Of a stretch of 64,000 nt of DNA, positions 36,247 through 45,881 are shown piece after piece. The translations under genes and the position numbers were made by a program. This stretch comes from an uncultured Muribaculaceae bacterium (GTDB lineage Bacteria > Bacteroidota > Bacteroidia > Bacteroidales > Muribaculaceae). The notes under the pieces were generated by a model. That model did not search any database. It saw nothing but the letters and a program-made list of their open reading frames with translations, and was not told where the DNA came from. The stretch spans positions 6,678 through 70,677 of the forward strand of contig CAMWLY010000001.1 in assembly GCA_947175145.1 (NCBI GenBank), in the 5' to 3' direction. Every line of letters starts with the position of its first letter. The first letter of the stretch is position 1.

Positions 36247-37704
36247 ATGATATTTAACTCCATAGAATTCGCGATATACCTGGTTATAGTTTTCCTGCTT
36301 TACTGGAAAGTGTTTAACCGTTCGGTCAAGGTTCGCAATATCTTTGTGATAGCCGTGAGCTACATCTTTTACGGCTGGTGGTCCTGGCGATTTCTGATAC
36401 TTATAGCCTTTACCACACTGTGCAGTTATCTGAGCGGCATAGGGATAGCGCGGACTCTACCTGATACCGACAGCGGCTCGCGCCGGAAGGCGCGGTGGAT
36501 ATGCGGTGCCAATATCACCCTGAATCTTGCAATCCTGGGATTGTTCAAGTATTATAACTTTTTCATGAGCCAGTTTGCCGAGCATTTTCTGAATGGTGAC
36601 ACCTCGGGATTGCTGGTAAATCTGATCTTGCCTGTCGGAATTTCCTTTTATACGTTTCAGGCACTCAGCTATTCGATAGATGTGTATCGGCGCAAGATAG
36701 CGCCGACGCACGATATCACGGCTTTCTTCGCATACGTGGCCTTTTTCCCTCAGCTTGTGGCCGGACCTATCGAGCGCGCCACCAACCTGCTGCCCCAGTT
36801 TTATAAGCTGCACACATTTAATTACCAAGAGGCTGTAGATGGTATGCGCCGCATGCTCTGGGGCTTGTTTAAGAAAGTAGTGGTGGCCGACAATTGCGCC
36901 CGGATAGTGAATCATGTCTTTGAGAATTACGATACGCTGCCCGGCAGTTCACTGCTTTTGGGAGCGGTATTCTTCTCATTCCAGATTTACGGTGATTTCT
37001 CCGGCTATTCCGACATGGCTATAGGTATAGCCAAACTGTTCGGCATATCGCTGATGGATAATTTCAAGGTGCCGTATTTATCGCGCAGCATACCGGAATT
37101 CTGGAGGCGATGGCATATAAGCCTCACCACATGGTTTCGCGATTACCTGTATATACCGCTCGGTGGCAGCCGGGTCGGTAAACATAAAGCCGTGCGCAAC
37201 ACATTTGCGATTTTCCTGGTGAGCGGTATATGGCACGGAGCGAACTGGACCTTTCTGATATGGGGCGGCTATCACGCCATGCTCTTTTTACCCTCGCTGC
37301 TCAGGGGTAAGAACCGGAAGTATCTCGATGTGGTGGCTGCCGACAGCAAATGGCCGACATTCAAGGAGATGCGAGCCATGGCGTTAACATTCTGCCTGGT
37401 TATTATAGGGTGGATAATTTTCAGGGCGGAGACCATCACCGATGCGTGGCTGTATATAAAGCGAATGTTCAGCGCATCGCTATTTTCGGTACCGCGCGGT
37501 GCCGCGGCTCCGCGCGATATACTGTGGTGTATCGTCTGGATAGCGGTAATGCTGGTTGTAGAGTGGATTCAGCGGCGCAAAGATCATGGTCTGGTGCTGG
37601 ACTTTGTGAAGTGGCGTCCGCTTCGCTGGGCTCTATATTATGGTATTTTGATTGCCGTATTCTTCAGCGACAGCGTCGAAACATTCATCTACTTCCAGTT
37701 CTAA
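36247..37704 (+). CDS. MBOAT-family membrane O-acyltransferase (AlgI/DltB-like)
   Basis: 485 aa. Conserved-His region FWRRWHISLTTWFRDYLYIPLGG and GIWHGANW. Confidence 0.9.
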   Translation: MIFNSIEFAIYLVIVFLLYWKVFNRSVKVRNIFVIAVSYIFYGWWSWRFLILIAFTTLCSYLSGIGIARTLPDTDSGSRRKARWICGANITLNLAILGLFKYYNFFMSQFAEHFLNGDTSGLLVNLILPVGISFYTFQALSYSIDVYRRKIAPTHDITAFFAYVAFFPQLVAGPIERATNLLPQFYKLHTFNYQEAVDGMRRMLWGLFKKVVVADNCARIVNHVFENYDTLPGSSLLLGAVFFSFQIYGDFSGYSDMAIGIAKLFGISLMDNFKVPYLSRSIPEFWRRWHISLTTWFRDYLYIPLGGSRVGKHKAVRNTFAIFLVSGIWHGANWTFLIWGGYHAMLFLPSLLRGKNRKYLDVVAADSKWPTFKEMRAMALTFCLVIIGWIIFRAETITDAWLYIKRMFSASLFSVPRGAAAPRDILWCIVWIAVMLVVEWIQRRKDHGLVLDFVKWRPLRWALYYGILIAVFFSDSVETFIYFQF

Positions 37705-37710
37705 GCCGGG

Positions 37711-38907
37711 TTAGAGTCTCTTGCTGCCGAACCGGTTAGTAATAAGCTGCTGCCACTGACTGCCCACAGCCTCCGGGCTATATCGTGTCTCAAGAGCCAG
37801 CCGGGCCTTATTACCTAATTCCGCAGCCTGAGCAGGGTTCTCCCAAAGTTGCACTACTTCGCGTTCCAGCGCATCGGTATCTCCCGGTTCAAACAGCACT
37901 CCGATGGCCGACTCAGGATTGACCCCGGAATCATCGGATTGTCTGAGTATTTCGGTAAATCCTCCATGGTCAGGTGCAATCATCGGGCGCGAGTGTCGGG
38001 CTGCCTCAAGGATTGTCATAGGGAAGCCTTCATACCAGCGGCTGGCCATAACCATAAATCGGGAGCCGGCGTAGAATTTCTCCAGATCACTGCCCGACAG
38101 GTATCCGATGAGTTTGACATTTGCGGGCAGATCCGAGACCAACTCTTTGTCGCGCACAGCTCCGGCAAGACGGAATTCGATTTGAGGGTTGCGCCGTGCC
38201 ACCTCGATAATCATATCCACACCCTTTTCACGGCTTATTCTGCCACAATAGGCCACATATCCGCAATCGGAGTGTGGCCGGCCTAAATCTTCTCCGACCT
38301 CCACCGAATTGGGAATCACCACAATTTTGTCGGCAGGGATTCCGGCCTGAATAAGTTTGCGTCGCTGAAAATCCGTGATACAAGCGAAAATGTCTACACA
38401 GTCGGTATAGTCGCGGCGCAGTCGCGCTGCGGCATTGCGGGCGGCATAGCCTATGGATTTGAGAATCGAGTGCTCGCAGTTATGACGCACACACCCCCAC
38501 TCATTGCCGCGTTGCAGGCACAGTTCGCAGGGGCGGCCGTCGCGCAGGAAAAGCCCTGTGGGGCAGATGAGTCTGAAATTATGTACAGTCATGACCACCG
38601 GCACCCCGGCCCGGCGACATTCACGCAAAGCAGCCGGTGAAATAAAGGGATAAAGATTATGTATGTTGATGATATCCGGTTTATGGGTGGCGATAGCGCG
38701 CCGCATGGCGCGAATGCCTGAGGGAGAGTAGATGCCGGCAGCAAAGCCGCGCATCTGTCCGATTATGGAACTGCGGGCACCGGCTGTCGACATGCGTAGC
38801 TGCGATACCTCATGACCCATGCCCGGAAGCATCGACGCCATCTTGTCGACCACAGCCTCTTCGCCCGAATAGGCTCCATAATCATTGTGAACTATCAGTA
38901 TTTTCAC
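37711..38907 (-). CDS. Glycosyltransferase family 4
   Basis: 398 aa. MKILIVHNDYGAYSGEE. C-terminal MVMASRWYEGFPMTILEAARH (EX7E-like). Confidence 0.9.
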   Translation of the reverse strand: MKILIVHNDYGAYSGEEAVVDKMASMLPGMGHEVSQLRMSTAGARSSIIGQMRGFAAGIYSPSGIRAMRRAIATHKPDIINIHNLYPFISPAALRECRRAGVPVVMTVHNFRLICPTGLFLRDGRPCELCLQRGNEWGCVRHNCEHSILKSIGYAARNAAARLRRDYTDCVDIFACITDFQRRKLIQAGIPADKIVVIPNSVEVGEDLGRPHSDCGYVAYCGRISREKGVDMIIEVARRNPQIEFRLAGAVRDKELVSDLPANVKLIGYLSGSDLEKFYAGSRFMVMASRWYEGFPMTILEAARHSRPMIAPDHGGFTEILRQSDDSGVNPESAIGVLFEPGDTDALEREVVQLWENPAQAAELGNKARLALETRYSPEAVGSQWQQLITNRFGSKRL

Positions 38908-39207
38908 TATCCTGACTTTATAGAGGTTCGGTGTGGCCCAGCAATCGTAAACTTTAAACTGATACTAAAAACCGAACACTGAATGATTTTTTGTGAAAGT
39001 TGTGTAAAATTAGTAAATTTGCAGCGAAATATGCAGTCAAAAAGCGTTCTGAAAGCAGATAAAGCGAAATAATACTGACCATAAATTTGCAACAATGCTT
39101 TAGACTTTGGTATATTAGACTTATTATTAAAGCTTTAGGTATATTTTACCATTATTATAATCAATAGAAGCATATACTAAAACCCAATTTTTAAATAATT
39201 CATTATT

Positions 39208-40812
39208 ATGGCAACATTGGATCTTTCTCAGTATGGCATTAAAGATGTCAAGAAGATTATCCACAATCCTTCGTATGATGAACTCTACAAAGCAGAGCTC
39301 GACCCGAGCCTTGAGGGCTATGAGAAGGGTATTCTGACTGACCTGGGTGCTGTCGACGTGATGACCGGCGTTTACACCGGCCGTTCTCCTAAAGACAAAT
39401 ACCTGGTTAAAGATGAAGTTACAGAGAACACTGTATGGTGGACTTCAGACGAATATAAGAATGACAACAAGCCCATCACCACTGAAGTATGGGATCACCT
39501 GCGCGAGAAAGCTGTGAAGGAGCTTTCTGACAAGACTCTTTATGTAGTGGACTGCTTCTGCGGTGCAAATAAGGAGACCCGCATGAATGTTCGCTTCATC
39601 ATGGAGGTGGCATGGCAGGCTCACTTCGTGACCAACATGTTTATCCGCCCCACTGAAGAGGAACTCAAGGATTTCACTCCCGACTTCGTAGTGTTCAATG
39701 CTTCCAAGGCTAAAGTTGAAGAGTATAAGGAGCTGGGTCTTCACTCAGAGACTGTAGTTGCATTCAACATCAAGCAGCGCGAGCAGGTTATCATCAACAC
39801 CTGGTATGGTGGTGAGATGAAGAAGGGTATGTTCTCAATGATGAACTACTTCAACCCCCTGCGCGGCATCGCTTCTATGCACTGCTCTGCCAACACCAAC
39901 ATGGAGGAGACTTCAACAGCTGTATTCTTCGGTCTGTCAGGCACCGGTAAGACTACTCTTTCTACAGACCCGAAGCGTAAACTCATCGGTGATGACGAGC
40001 ACGGCTGGGACGACAATGGCGTGTTCAACTATGAGGGCGGCTGCTATGCCAAGGTTATCAACCTCTCTAAGGAGAATGAGCCCGACATCTACAACGCTAT
40101 CACCCGCGACGCTCTTCTGGAGAATGTAACTGTTAAGGCTGACGGTGTTTGCGATTTCGCTGATAAGTCAGTGACTGAGAACACTCGCGTGTCTTACCCG
40201 ATTTTCCACATCGAGAATATCGTAAAACCTGTGTCTAAGGGTCCGGCTGCCAAGCAGGTTATCTTCCTGAGCGCTGATGCATTCGGAGTTCTTCCTCCGG
40301 TAGCTATCCTCAACGATGAGCAGGCTCAGTACTATTTCCTCTCAGGCTTCACCGCCAAGCTCGCCGGCACAGAACGTGGTATCACCGAACCCACTCCGAC
40401 TTTCTCTGCTTGCTTCGGTCAGGCTTTCCTCTCACTCCACCCCACAAAATATGCTGAGGAGCTGGTTAAGAAGATGAAAGCTAACGGTGCTAAAGCATAT
40501 CTGGTGAACACCGGTTGGAATGGTACAGGCAAACGTATCTCAATTCCTGATACCCGCGGTATCATCGATGATATCCTCAATGGCGATATCGAGAAGGCTC
40601 CCACCAAGGTGCTTCCCTATTTCGATTTCGTAATTCCCACAGAGCTCCCCGGCGTTAACACCGGTATCCTTGATCCGCGTGACACTTACGCTGACCCCAA
40701 GGAGTGGGAAGAGAAGGCTAAGAAACTCGCCCAGATGTTTATCGACAACTTCAAGAAGTTCGAGACTAACCCTGTGGGTAAGGAGTTGGCAAAGGCCGGT
40801 CCCAAATTGTAA
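39208..40812 (+). CDS. pckA: Phosphoenolpyruvate carboxykinase (ATP)
   Basis: 534 aa. [11 protein letters not shown] kinase-1a, [14 protein letters not shown]. Confidence 0.97.
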   Translation: MATLDLSQYGIKDVKKIIHNPSYDELYKAELDPSLEGYEKGILTDLGAVDVMTGVYTGRSPKDKYLVKDEVTENTVWWTSDEYKNDNKPITTEVWDHLREKAVKELSDKTLYVVDCFCGANKETRMNVRFIMEVAWQAHFVTNMFIRPTEEELKDFTPDFVVFNASKAKVEEYKELGLHSETVVAFNIKQREQVIINTWYGGEMKKGMFSMMNYFNPLRGIASMHCSANTNMEETSTAVFFGLSGTGKTTLSTDPKRKLIGDDEHGWDDNGVFNYEGGCYAKVINLSKENEPDIYNAITRDALLENVTVKADGVCDFADKSVTENTRVSYPIFHIENIVKPVSKGPAAKQVIFLSADAFGVLPPVAILNDEQAQYYFLSGFTAKLAGTERGITEPTPTFSACFGQAFLSLHPTKYAEELVKKMKANGAKAYLVNTGWNGTGKRISIPDTRGIIDDILNGDIEKAPTKVLPYFDFVIPTELPGVNTGILDPRDTYADPKEWEEKAKKLAQMFIDNFKKFETNPVGKELAKAGPKL

Positions 40813-40876
40813 TAACGGTGCGTATGCACCATTCTGACAAACCTTGTATCGGTTTGTCAGAAAAGCGAAAATAATA

Positions 40877-40912
40877 AAAGACCTCTTGAGTCATTGGCTC
40901 AAGAGGTCTTTT
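40877..40912. terminator. Bidirectional Rho-independent terminator (pckA / aminotransferase)
   Basis: GACCTCTTGAG (40880-40890) pairs with CTCAAGAGGTC (40898-40908), flanked by AAAA and TTTT. Two weaker hairpins lie upstream at 40816-40830 and 40834-40860. Confidence 0.75.
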
Positions 40913-40990
40913 GGTTGTTCAGGCTTTAGGTAAAATATTGATTATCAAGTAGGAACGTGCCATGGCACGTCCGCAGAAGGCAACCCATAG

Positions 40991-41025
40991 ATTTCGGATT
41001 TCAGATTTCAGATTTCAGATTTCAG
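40991..41025. repeat. Tandem heptanucleotide array (ATTTCAG)x5
   Basis: ATTTCGG then ATTTCAG x4. The last unit forms the 5' arm of an 11-bp hairpin ATTTCAGATAA / TTATCTGAAAT (41019-41052). Confidence 0.9.
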
Positions 41026-41054
41026 ATAAGGTATGCCTTGATTATCTGAAATCT

Positions 41055-41117
41055 AACACCTAAAACCTAACACCTAAAACCTAACACCTAAAACCTAAAA
41101 CCTAACACCTAACGCCT
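41055..41117. repeat. Tandem heptanucleotide array (AAMACCT)x9, overlapping the aminotransferase stop codon
   Basis: AACACCT and AAAACCT units, 9 in total, the last being AACGCCT. The minus-strand stop (41109-41111) and the final codons lie inside the array. Confidence 0.9.
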
Positions 41118-42308
41118 TTCAGCATACACATTGAGGGCATGTTCAAGAGTTTCCAGGGCTTCAGCCAGATATTCGATCTTATGTACATAGGCTATGCGCA
41201 CTTGATTCTTGCCATGTCCGGGTTCGCAGTAAAATCCACTTGCCGGCGCCATAAACACAGTCTTACCCTCCCAGCTGAATTCCTCAAGCATCCATTTGCA
41301 GAATTCATCGGCATCTTCCACCGGAAGTGCTGCAATGGCATAGAAAGCACCCATCGGCATGGGAGCATATACGCCCGGTATCTTGTTAAGCCTGTCAATC
41401 AGGAAATTGCGACGCTCCAGATATTCATTGAAAACCTCGCGCATGTATTCCTGCGGAGTATCCACAGATGCTTCGGCTACCAATTGGCCGATCAGCGGCG
41501 GTGACAAACGAGCCTGTGCAAATTTCATGACATTGGCACGCACCTCTTCGTTGCGTGTCACAAGACAACCGATGCGGATTCCGCACTCATTATATCGCTT
41601 GGACACCGAGTCTATCAGAACCACATTTTTCCTGACATTGTCGAGGCTCATCACAGAGATAAAGGGCTGGTCAGTATAGCAGAACTCACGATACACCTCA
41701 TCGGAGAAGAGGAAGAGATTGTGAGTCTCGCATATCGAGGCGATAGCCTCAAGTTCCTCGCGGGTGTAGGTGTAGCCTGTGGGGTTGTTGGGGTTACAGA
41801 TCAAGATGGCCCGGGTGGCGGGAGTAATCAGTTTCTCAAATTCCGACACAGGGGGAAGCGCGAAACCGGTTTCGATAGAGCAGTTGATAGGCTTTATGGT
41901 AACTCCGGCTGTGCGTGCGAAGGTGATATAGTTGGCATAGGCCGGCTGGGGGATTATAACCTCATCGCCGGGATCAAGGCATGACAGGAATCCGAAGAGC
42001 ACTGCTTCGGAACCGCCTGAGGTCACACAAATCTCCTCGGGTTTGATATCGAGATCGAAGCGGGCATAATATTCAGCCATTTTCACACGCAGAGACTCGA
42101 TACCCTCGGAGGGTGAATATTCGAGAACCTTGCGGGTTATATGATGGAGAGATTCGATAGCCTGTGGGGGAGTCGGCACATCGGGTTGACCGATGTTCAG
42201 GCGATACACTCGGGTGCCGCGGCGCTCGGCGTCGCGGGCAGCGCCGGCAAGCCGGCGAATCGGTGAGGAGGGCATGGAGTTGCCCCGCTTGCTTGCTTTG
42301 GGATACAT
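41109..42308 (-). CDS. Class I/II pyridoxal-phosphate-dependent aminotransferase (AspC-like)
   Basis: 399 aa. NPNNPTG, PLP-lysine context SVSKRY, SPIRRL N-terminal motif. Confidence 0.9.
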   Translation of the reverse strand: MYPKASKRGNSMPSSPIRRLAGAARDAERRGTRVYRLNIGQPDVPTPPQAIESLHHITRKVLEYSPSEGIESLRVKMAEYYARFDLDIKPEEICVTSGGSEAVLFGFLSCLDPGDEVIIPQPAYANYITFARTAGVTIKPINCSIETGFALPPVSEFEKLITPATRAILICNPNNPTGYTYTREELEAIASICETHNLFLFSDEVYREFCYTDQPFISVMSLDNVRKNVVLIDSVSKRYNECGIRIGCLVTRNEEVRANVMKFAQARLSPPLIGQLVAEASVDTPQEYMREVFNEYLERRNFLIDRLNKIPGVYAPMPMGAFYAIAALPVEDADEFCKWMLEEFSWEGKTVFMAPASGFYCEPGHGKNQVRIAYVHKIEYLAEALETLEHALNVYAERR

Positions 42309-42356
42309 TATGATATCGAGTATTCTGGTATTAGTTCTGAAATAGAGTGGAGGTGG

Positions 42357-43268
42357 TTATACGATTATCTTGTTGCGCTTGTAAATCTCGCGGAATTCCT
42401 TGGGAGTATAACCTTTGTTTTTCTTGAATATGCGGTTGAAATTTGATACGTTGTTGAAGCCGGAATTGTAGCAGATTTCCGAAATCGGCAGGCGAGTATT
42501 TACCAGCTCGCGCGATGCGGCATCAAGTCTGATACCGATTATATAGTCTGAGATGGAGCGGCCGGTGCGCAGCTTGAAGAAGCGGCTGAAGCTGCTCGGT
42601 GACATGCCGGCCATATCGGCCAGAGCTGTAAGGCGAATTTCCTTGCGGTAATTGGCCGCAATATACTCCTGGGCCATGCGCAGACGCCGGCTGCTGTCAG
42701 TGTCGGTAGATTTTTCAGATTCGTGACCGCTCGAGAGCTGGCGTCCATCGGGATCGATGGCAAGTAGATGAAGAATCTCTATCAGTTTCATCATCTGATA
42801 AAAACTTGATGGAGCATTTATCAGTTCTTCGATATGGTGATAAATCTTGAGTATGCTCGACAGAGGGAAAGTCACACCCTTGGCTGCCTTCTCAAGCAGT
42901 GTTTTGACAGACTGCATCTGAGTGCGACGCAGCATCTCATTGCCGAATATATCTACCGGAAACTGGATAGTGATTTCGCGAATATTGCCGCTGTTGCAAT
43001 TATGTTGCTGCCAACCATGCTCGATGCCATGACCCACTATACAGAGGTCAAAGAGTCCCACCTCTTCGATTGAATCCCCGACTACCCGGCGAGCACCGGC
43101 GCAGTTCTCTACAAAGTTAATCTCAAACTCCGCGTGACGGTGCACCGGAAAGGTAAAGGAATCCTTGGTCCTATCAACCACGTACAGAAAATCACAGTCG
43201 GTGAGAGGAGTTACCTCGGTCGGAATCCTGTCAATCCGGTCGAGATCCTTCTGGTTGTTTTGGTTCAT
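42357..43268 (-). CDS. AraC-family transcriptional regulator (cupin sensor + HTH)
   Basis: 303 aa. C-terminal SISDYIIGIRLDAASRELVNTRLPISEICYNSGFNNVSNFNRIFKK. Confidence 0.9.
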   Translation of the reverse strand: MNQNNQKDLDRIDRIPTEVTPLTDCDFLYVVDRTKDSFTFPVHRHAEFEINFVENCAGARRVVGDSIEEVGLFDLCIVGHGIEHGWQQHNCNSGNIREITIQFPVDIFGNEMLRRTQMQSVKTLLEKAAKGVTFPLSSILKIYHHIEELINAPSSFYQMMKLIEILHLLAIDPDGRQLSSGHESEKSTDTDSSRRLRMAQEYIAANYRKEIRLTALADMAGMSPSSFSRFFKLRTGRSISDYIIGIRLDAASRELVNTRLPISEICYNSGFNNVSNFNRIFKKNKGYTPKEFREIYKRNKIIV

Positions 43269-43372
43269 CTTGGTATTAGGTATTATGTAAATGTCAGTAT
43301 TAAATCTAAGGATTCAGCAAATATAATGCAAGTTAATCACAATTCCAATTACTATAAATAATGAATTATGAT

Positions 43373-43380
43373 TATCTTTG
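43373..43380 (+). promoter_or_regulatory. -7 promoter box TATCTTTG upstream of the TPR lipoprotein gene
   Basis: Matches TAnnTTTG, 17 nt before the ATG at 43398. I found no clear -33 element. Confidence 0.4.
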
Positions 43381-43397
43381 CTGAAAACTGACCCCTG

Positions 43398-45881
43398 ATG
43401 AAAAAAAATATGGTTGCGGCACTCGCAGCCGCCGTTTTAATAGGTAATTGTTCGGTGGAAAGCTATGCCATGCCGACCGCACAACCCTGCGACATAACCT
43501 CACCGCTCACTCCGGGTTATCTAAGCCGTGCGGTGTCGATGGCAGAAAAGGGCGTTTGGTCCGGAGTCATCGATCAAATCAAGATTCTCAATACCCTGCC
43601 CGCAACCTTGACAGAAGAGGAGGCGATGCAATGCGCTTTTCTGCTCGCCCGGGGTGCCTACGAGCGCGGAGAGTCCGAGTGCATAACCCTGCTTGCGGAT
43701 TTCGCAGAGAAATACTCCGCCTCATTTGCTGCTCCCGAGGCAAGACTCGCAATAGCAGACCGATATTTTTTCAGCCATGATTGGCCTGATGCTTTCGAGG
43801 CATACCTCAATGTGGATTTCGATCGTCTTAATCCCAATCTTCAGAATGAGGGTAATTACCGCTACCTGCTCTCGATGATCCGCACCGGACACTATGATGA
43901 AGCGCACAGGCAGGTAAATAAATTAAAAGATAAAAAGGGATATGAAAACGCTTATCTTTTCTATAGCGCATATCTTTATTATATAGATGGGAATTTTGAC
44001 CGGGCATATCCCATATTTGAAAAGGTGGTCCCCGAAGAGGGGATAGCTCCCGGTTACTATATGACCCAGATACAGTATTCGCGCGCAGAATTTGATGAGG
44101 TGATAAAACATGGCACCTCACTACTTCGCCGCAATCCTGATCCGGAACTTGCCCCGGAGATTCAGCGCATAGTGGGTCTGAGCTATTTCAAACTCAATGA
44201 TCCGGTCATGGCGCGCGGTTTTTTAGAGGGTTATCTCGATAAAACCAAGGCAAATCCGGCAGATGCCGATGCTCTTTATGCCCTCGGGGCTATAGAATAT
44301 GGTGATAAGGATTATTCAAGAACCATCGAGCTGATGCGCCTGGTCACTGAGCAGCAGCGTATAGATGCGACCACTCAGGGAGCATGGCTCTATCTTGGTC
44401 AGGCTTTGCAGCAGACAGGTCAGGAAACACCCGCTTCACTCGCCTATGAGAGGGCCTCACGTATGACTGCCGACCCGAAGGTGTCGGAAACCGCCACTTA
44501 TAACTACCTGACCTCGCTGACGCGCGGAGGAAAGATTCCATTCTCGCGCAGTGCATCGCTGCTTGAAGATTTCACGCGCCGTTTCCCGGACTCTCCTCTA
44601 AGAGCGCGGGTGGATGCTTATCTGGGTGCGGCATATTTCAATGACCATGAATATGCAAAAGCGCTCAATGCGCTCAATGCCATAAGGCGCCCCGATTCAG
44701 AGATATTGAAACTAAAGCAAAAGACACTTTACGAACTGGGTGTCGAGATGATGAATGCCGGACATGCGGATCGCGCGGAGCAATATCTCAGAGAGTGCTC
44801 CGCCATGACAAATCAGGATTCAGGTATTGCTGCACAGAGCGCTCTATGGCTTGGCGATGCACTATATTCGATGCGCAGATATAAAGAGAGTATTTCCGCA
44901 TATAAGAAATTTCTGGATAGCGACAATGCCACAGGCAGTTTGCGTGCAAACAGGGGATTAGGTTTGTATGATCTGGCATATGCCGAGTATCAGCTCGGTA
45001 ATTACACAGCGGCCGCCGGATATTTTGACAATGCTCTCAAGGCAAAACCGGCTTTGCAGACCGGTCTGCGACAGGATGCGCTTATACGCCGAGCGGACTG
45101 CCTCTATTATCTGCAGCAGCGTGATGACGCCGAGAAATTGTATTCACAAGCTATATCGGAGGGAGCGGCTGATACAGATTATGCTCTCTATCGGCGCGCT
45201 GTGGTGCGCGGTCTCAATGGTGATACGCGTGGAAAAATATCGGATCTGAGCCGGCTGGACGAGGAGTTTGCCAATTCGCAGTGGCGGGCACGCGGACTTA
45301 AAGAGTTGGCGGTGACATACGAGGAAACTGGTAAAACCGACCTGGCAGCCGAAGCCTATCGCGAGAGACTTGCGGCCACTCAGGATATTGATCTCGATGA
45401 ATTGCTCCGCATGGCGCGCGCCATGCAGTCTGCCGGTCAGTGGAATAATCTGCTTGAGGTAAATTCGCGCATAAGAAGCATAGGCGGCCTTGAAGCCGAT
45501 GAGCTGACTGAACTCGAACTTGCTGATGCCGAGGCTCTCGCTTCAACCGGGCGCAATAATGAGGCTCGCGACATCTACACACGCCTGGCCGCGAACCCGG
45601 GTTCATCAGCCGGTTCCCAAAGTGCGGTGGTCCTGGCTGAAACCATGCTTGCCGAGGGGAATGCCGAGGGTGCGCGCGAAGCTATGGAGAATTTTACGGA
45701 ATCCGGCACTCCGCACCAGTATTGGTTGGCGCGAGGTTTTATAACCCTGGCAGATGCATATCATGCGTTAGGTGATACCGCGCTTGCCCGAGAGTATCTG
45801 CTATCTTTGCAAGAGAATTATCCCGGTAACGAAGCCGATATTTCCAAGGCTATCAATTCACGACTCAAATCATGGAAATGA
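43398..45881 (+). CDS. TPR-repeat lipoprotein
   Basis: 827 aa. Lipobox LIGNC at residues 14-18. Many TPR-like helical pairs throughout (e.g. YALGAIEYGDKDYSRTIELM, YDLAYAEYQLGNYTAAAGYFDNALK). Confidence 0.75.
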   Translation: MKKNMVAALAAAVLIGNCSVESYAMPTAQPCDITSPLTPGYLSRAVSMAEKGVWSGVIDQIKILNTLPATLTEEEAMQCAFLLARGAYERGESECITLLADFAEKYSASFAAPEARLAIADRYFFSHDWPDAFEAYLNVDFDRLNPNLQNEGNYRYLLSMIRTGHYDEAHRQVNKLKDKKGYENAYLFYSAYLYYIDGNFDRAYPIFEKVVPEEGIAPGYYMTQIQYSRAEFDEVIKHGTSLLRRNPDPELAPEIQRIVGLSYFKLNDPVMARGFLEGYLDKTKANPADADALYALGAIEYGDKDYSRTIELMRLVTEQQRIDATTQGAWLYLGQALQQTGQETPASLAYERASRMTADPKVSETATYNYLTSLTRGGKIPFSRSASLLEDFTRRFPDSPLRARVDAYLGAAYFNDHEYAKALNALNAIRRPDSEILKLKQKTLYELGVEMMNAGHADRAEQYLRECSAMTNQDSGIAAQSALWLGDALYSMRRYKESISAYKKFLDSDNATGSLRANRGLGLYDLAYAEYQLGNYTAAAGYFDNALKAKPALQTGLRQDALIRRADCLYYLQQRDDAEKLYSQAISEGAADTDYALYRRAVVRGLNGDTRGKISDLSRLDEEFANSQWRARGLKELAVTYEETGKTDLAAEAYRERLAATQDIDLDELLRMARAMQSAGQWNNLLEVNSRIRSIGGLEADELTELELADAEALASTGRNNEARDIYTRLAANPGSSAGSQSAVVLAETMLAEGNAEGAREAMENFTESGTPHQYWLARGFITLADAYHALGDTALAREYLLSLQENYPGNEADISKAINSRLKSWK

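Noticed and set aside
40991-41117. Tandem repeats as a possible CRISPR array (also 52558-52627 and 1608-1783).
   Set aside because: The units are 7 nt and contiguous with no spacers. The 28-bp repeat at 1.6 kb has an inverted copy and irregular spacing. No cas genes are in the window.
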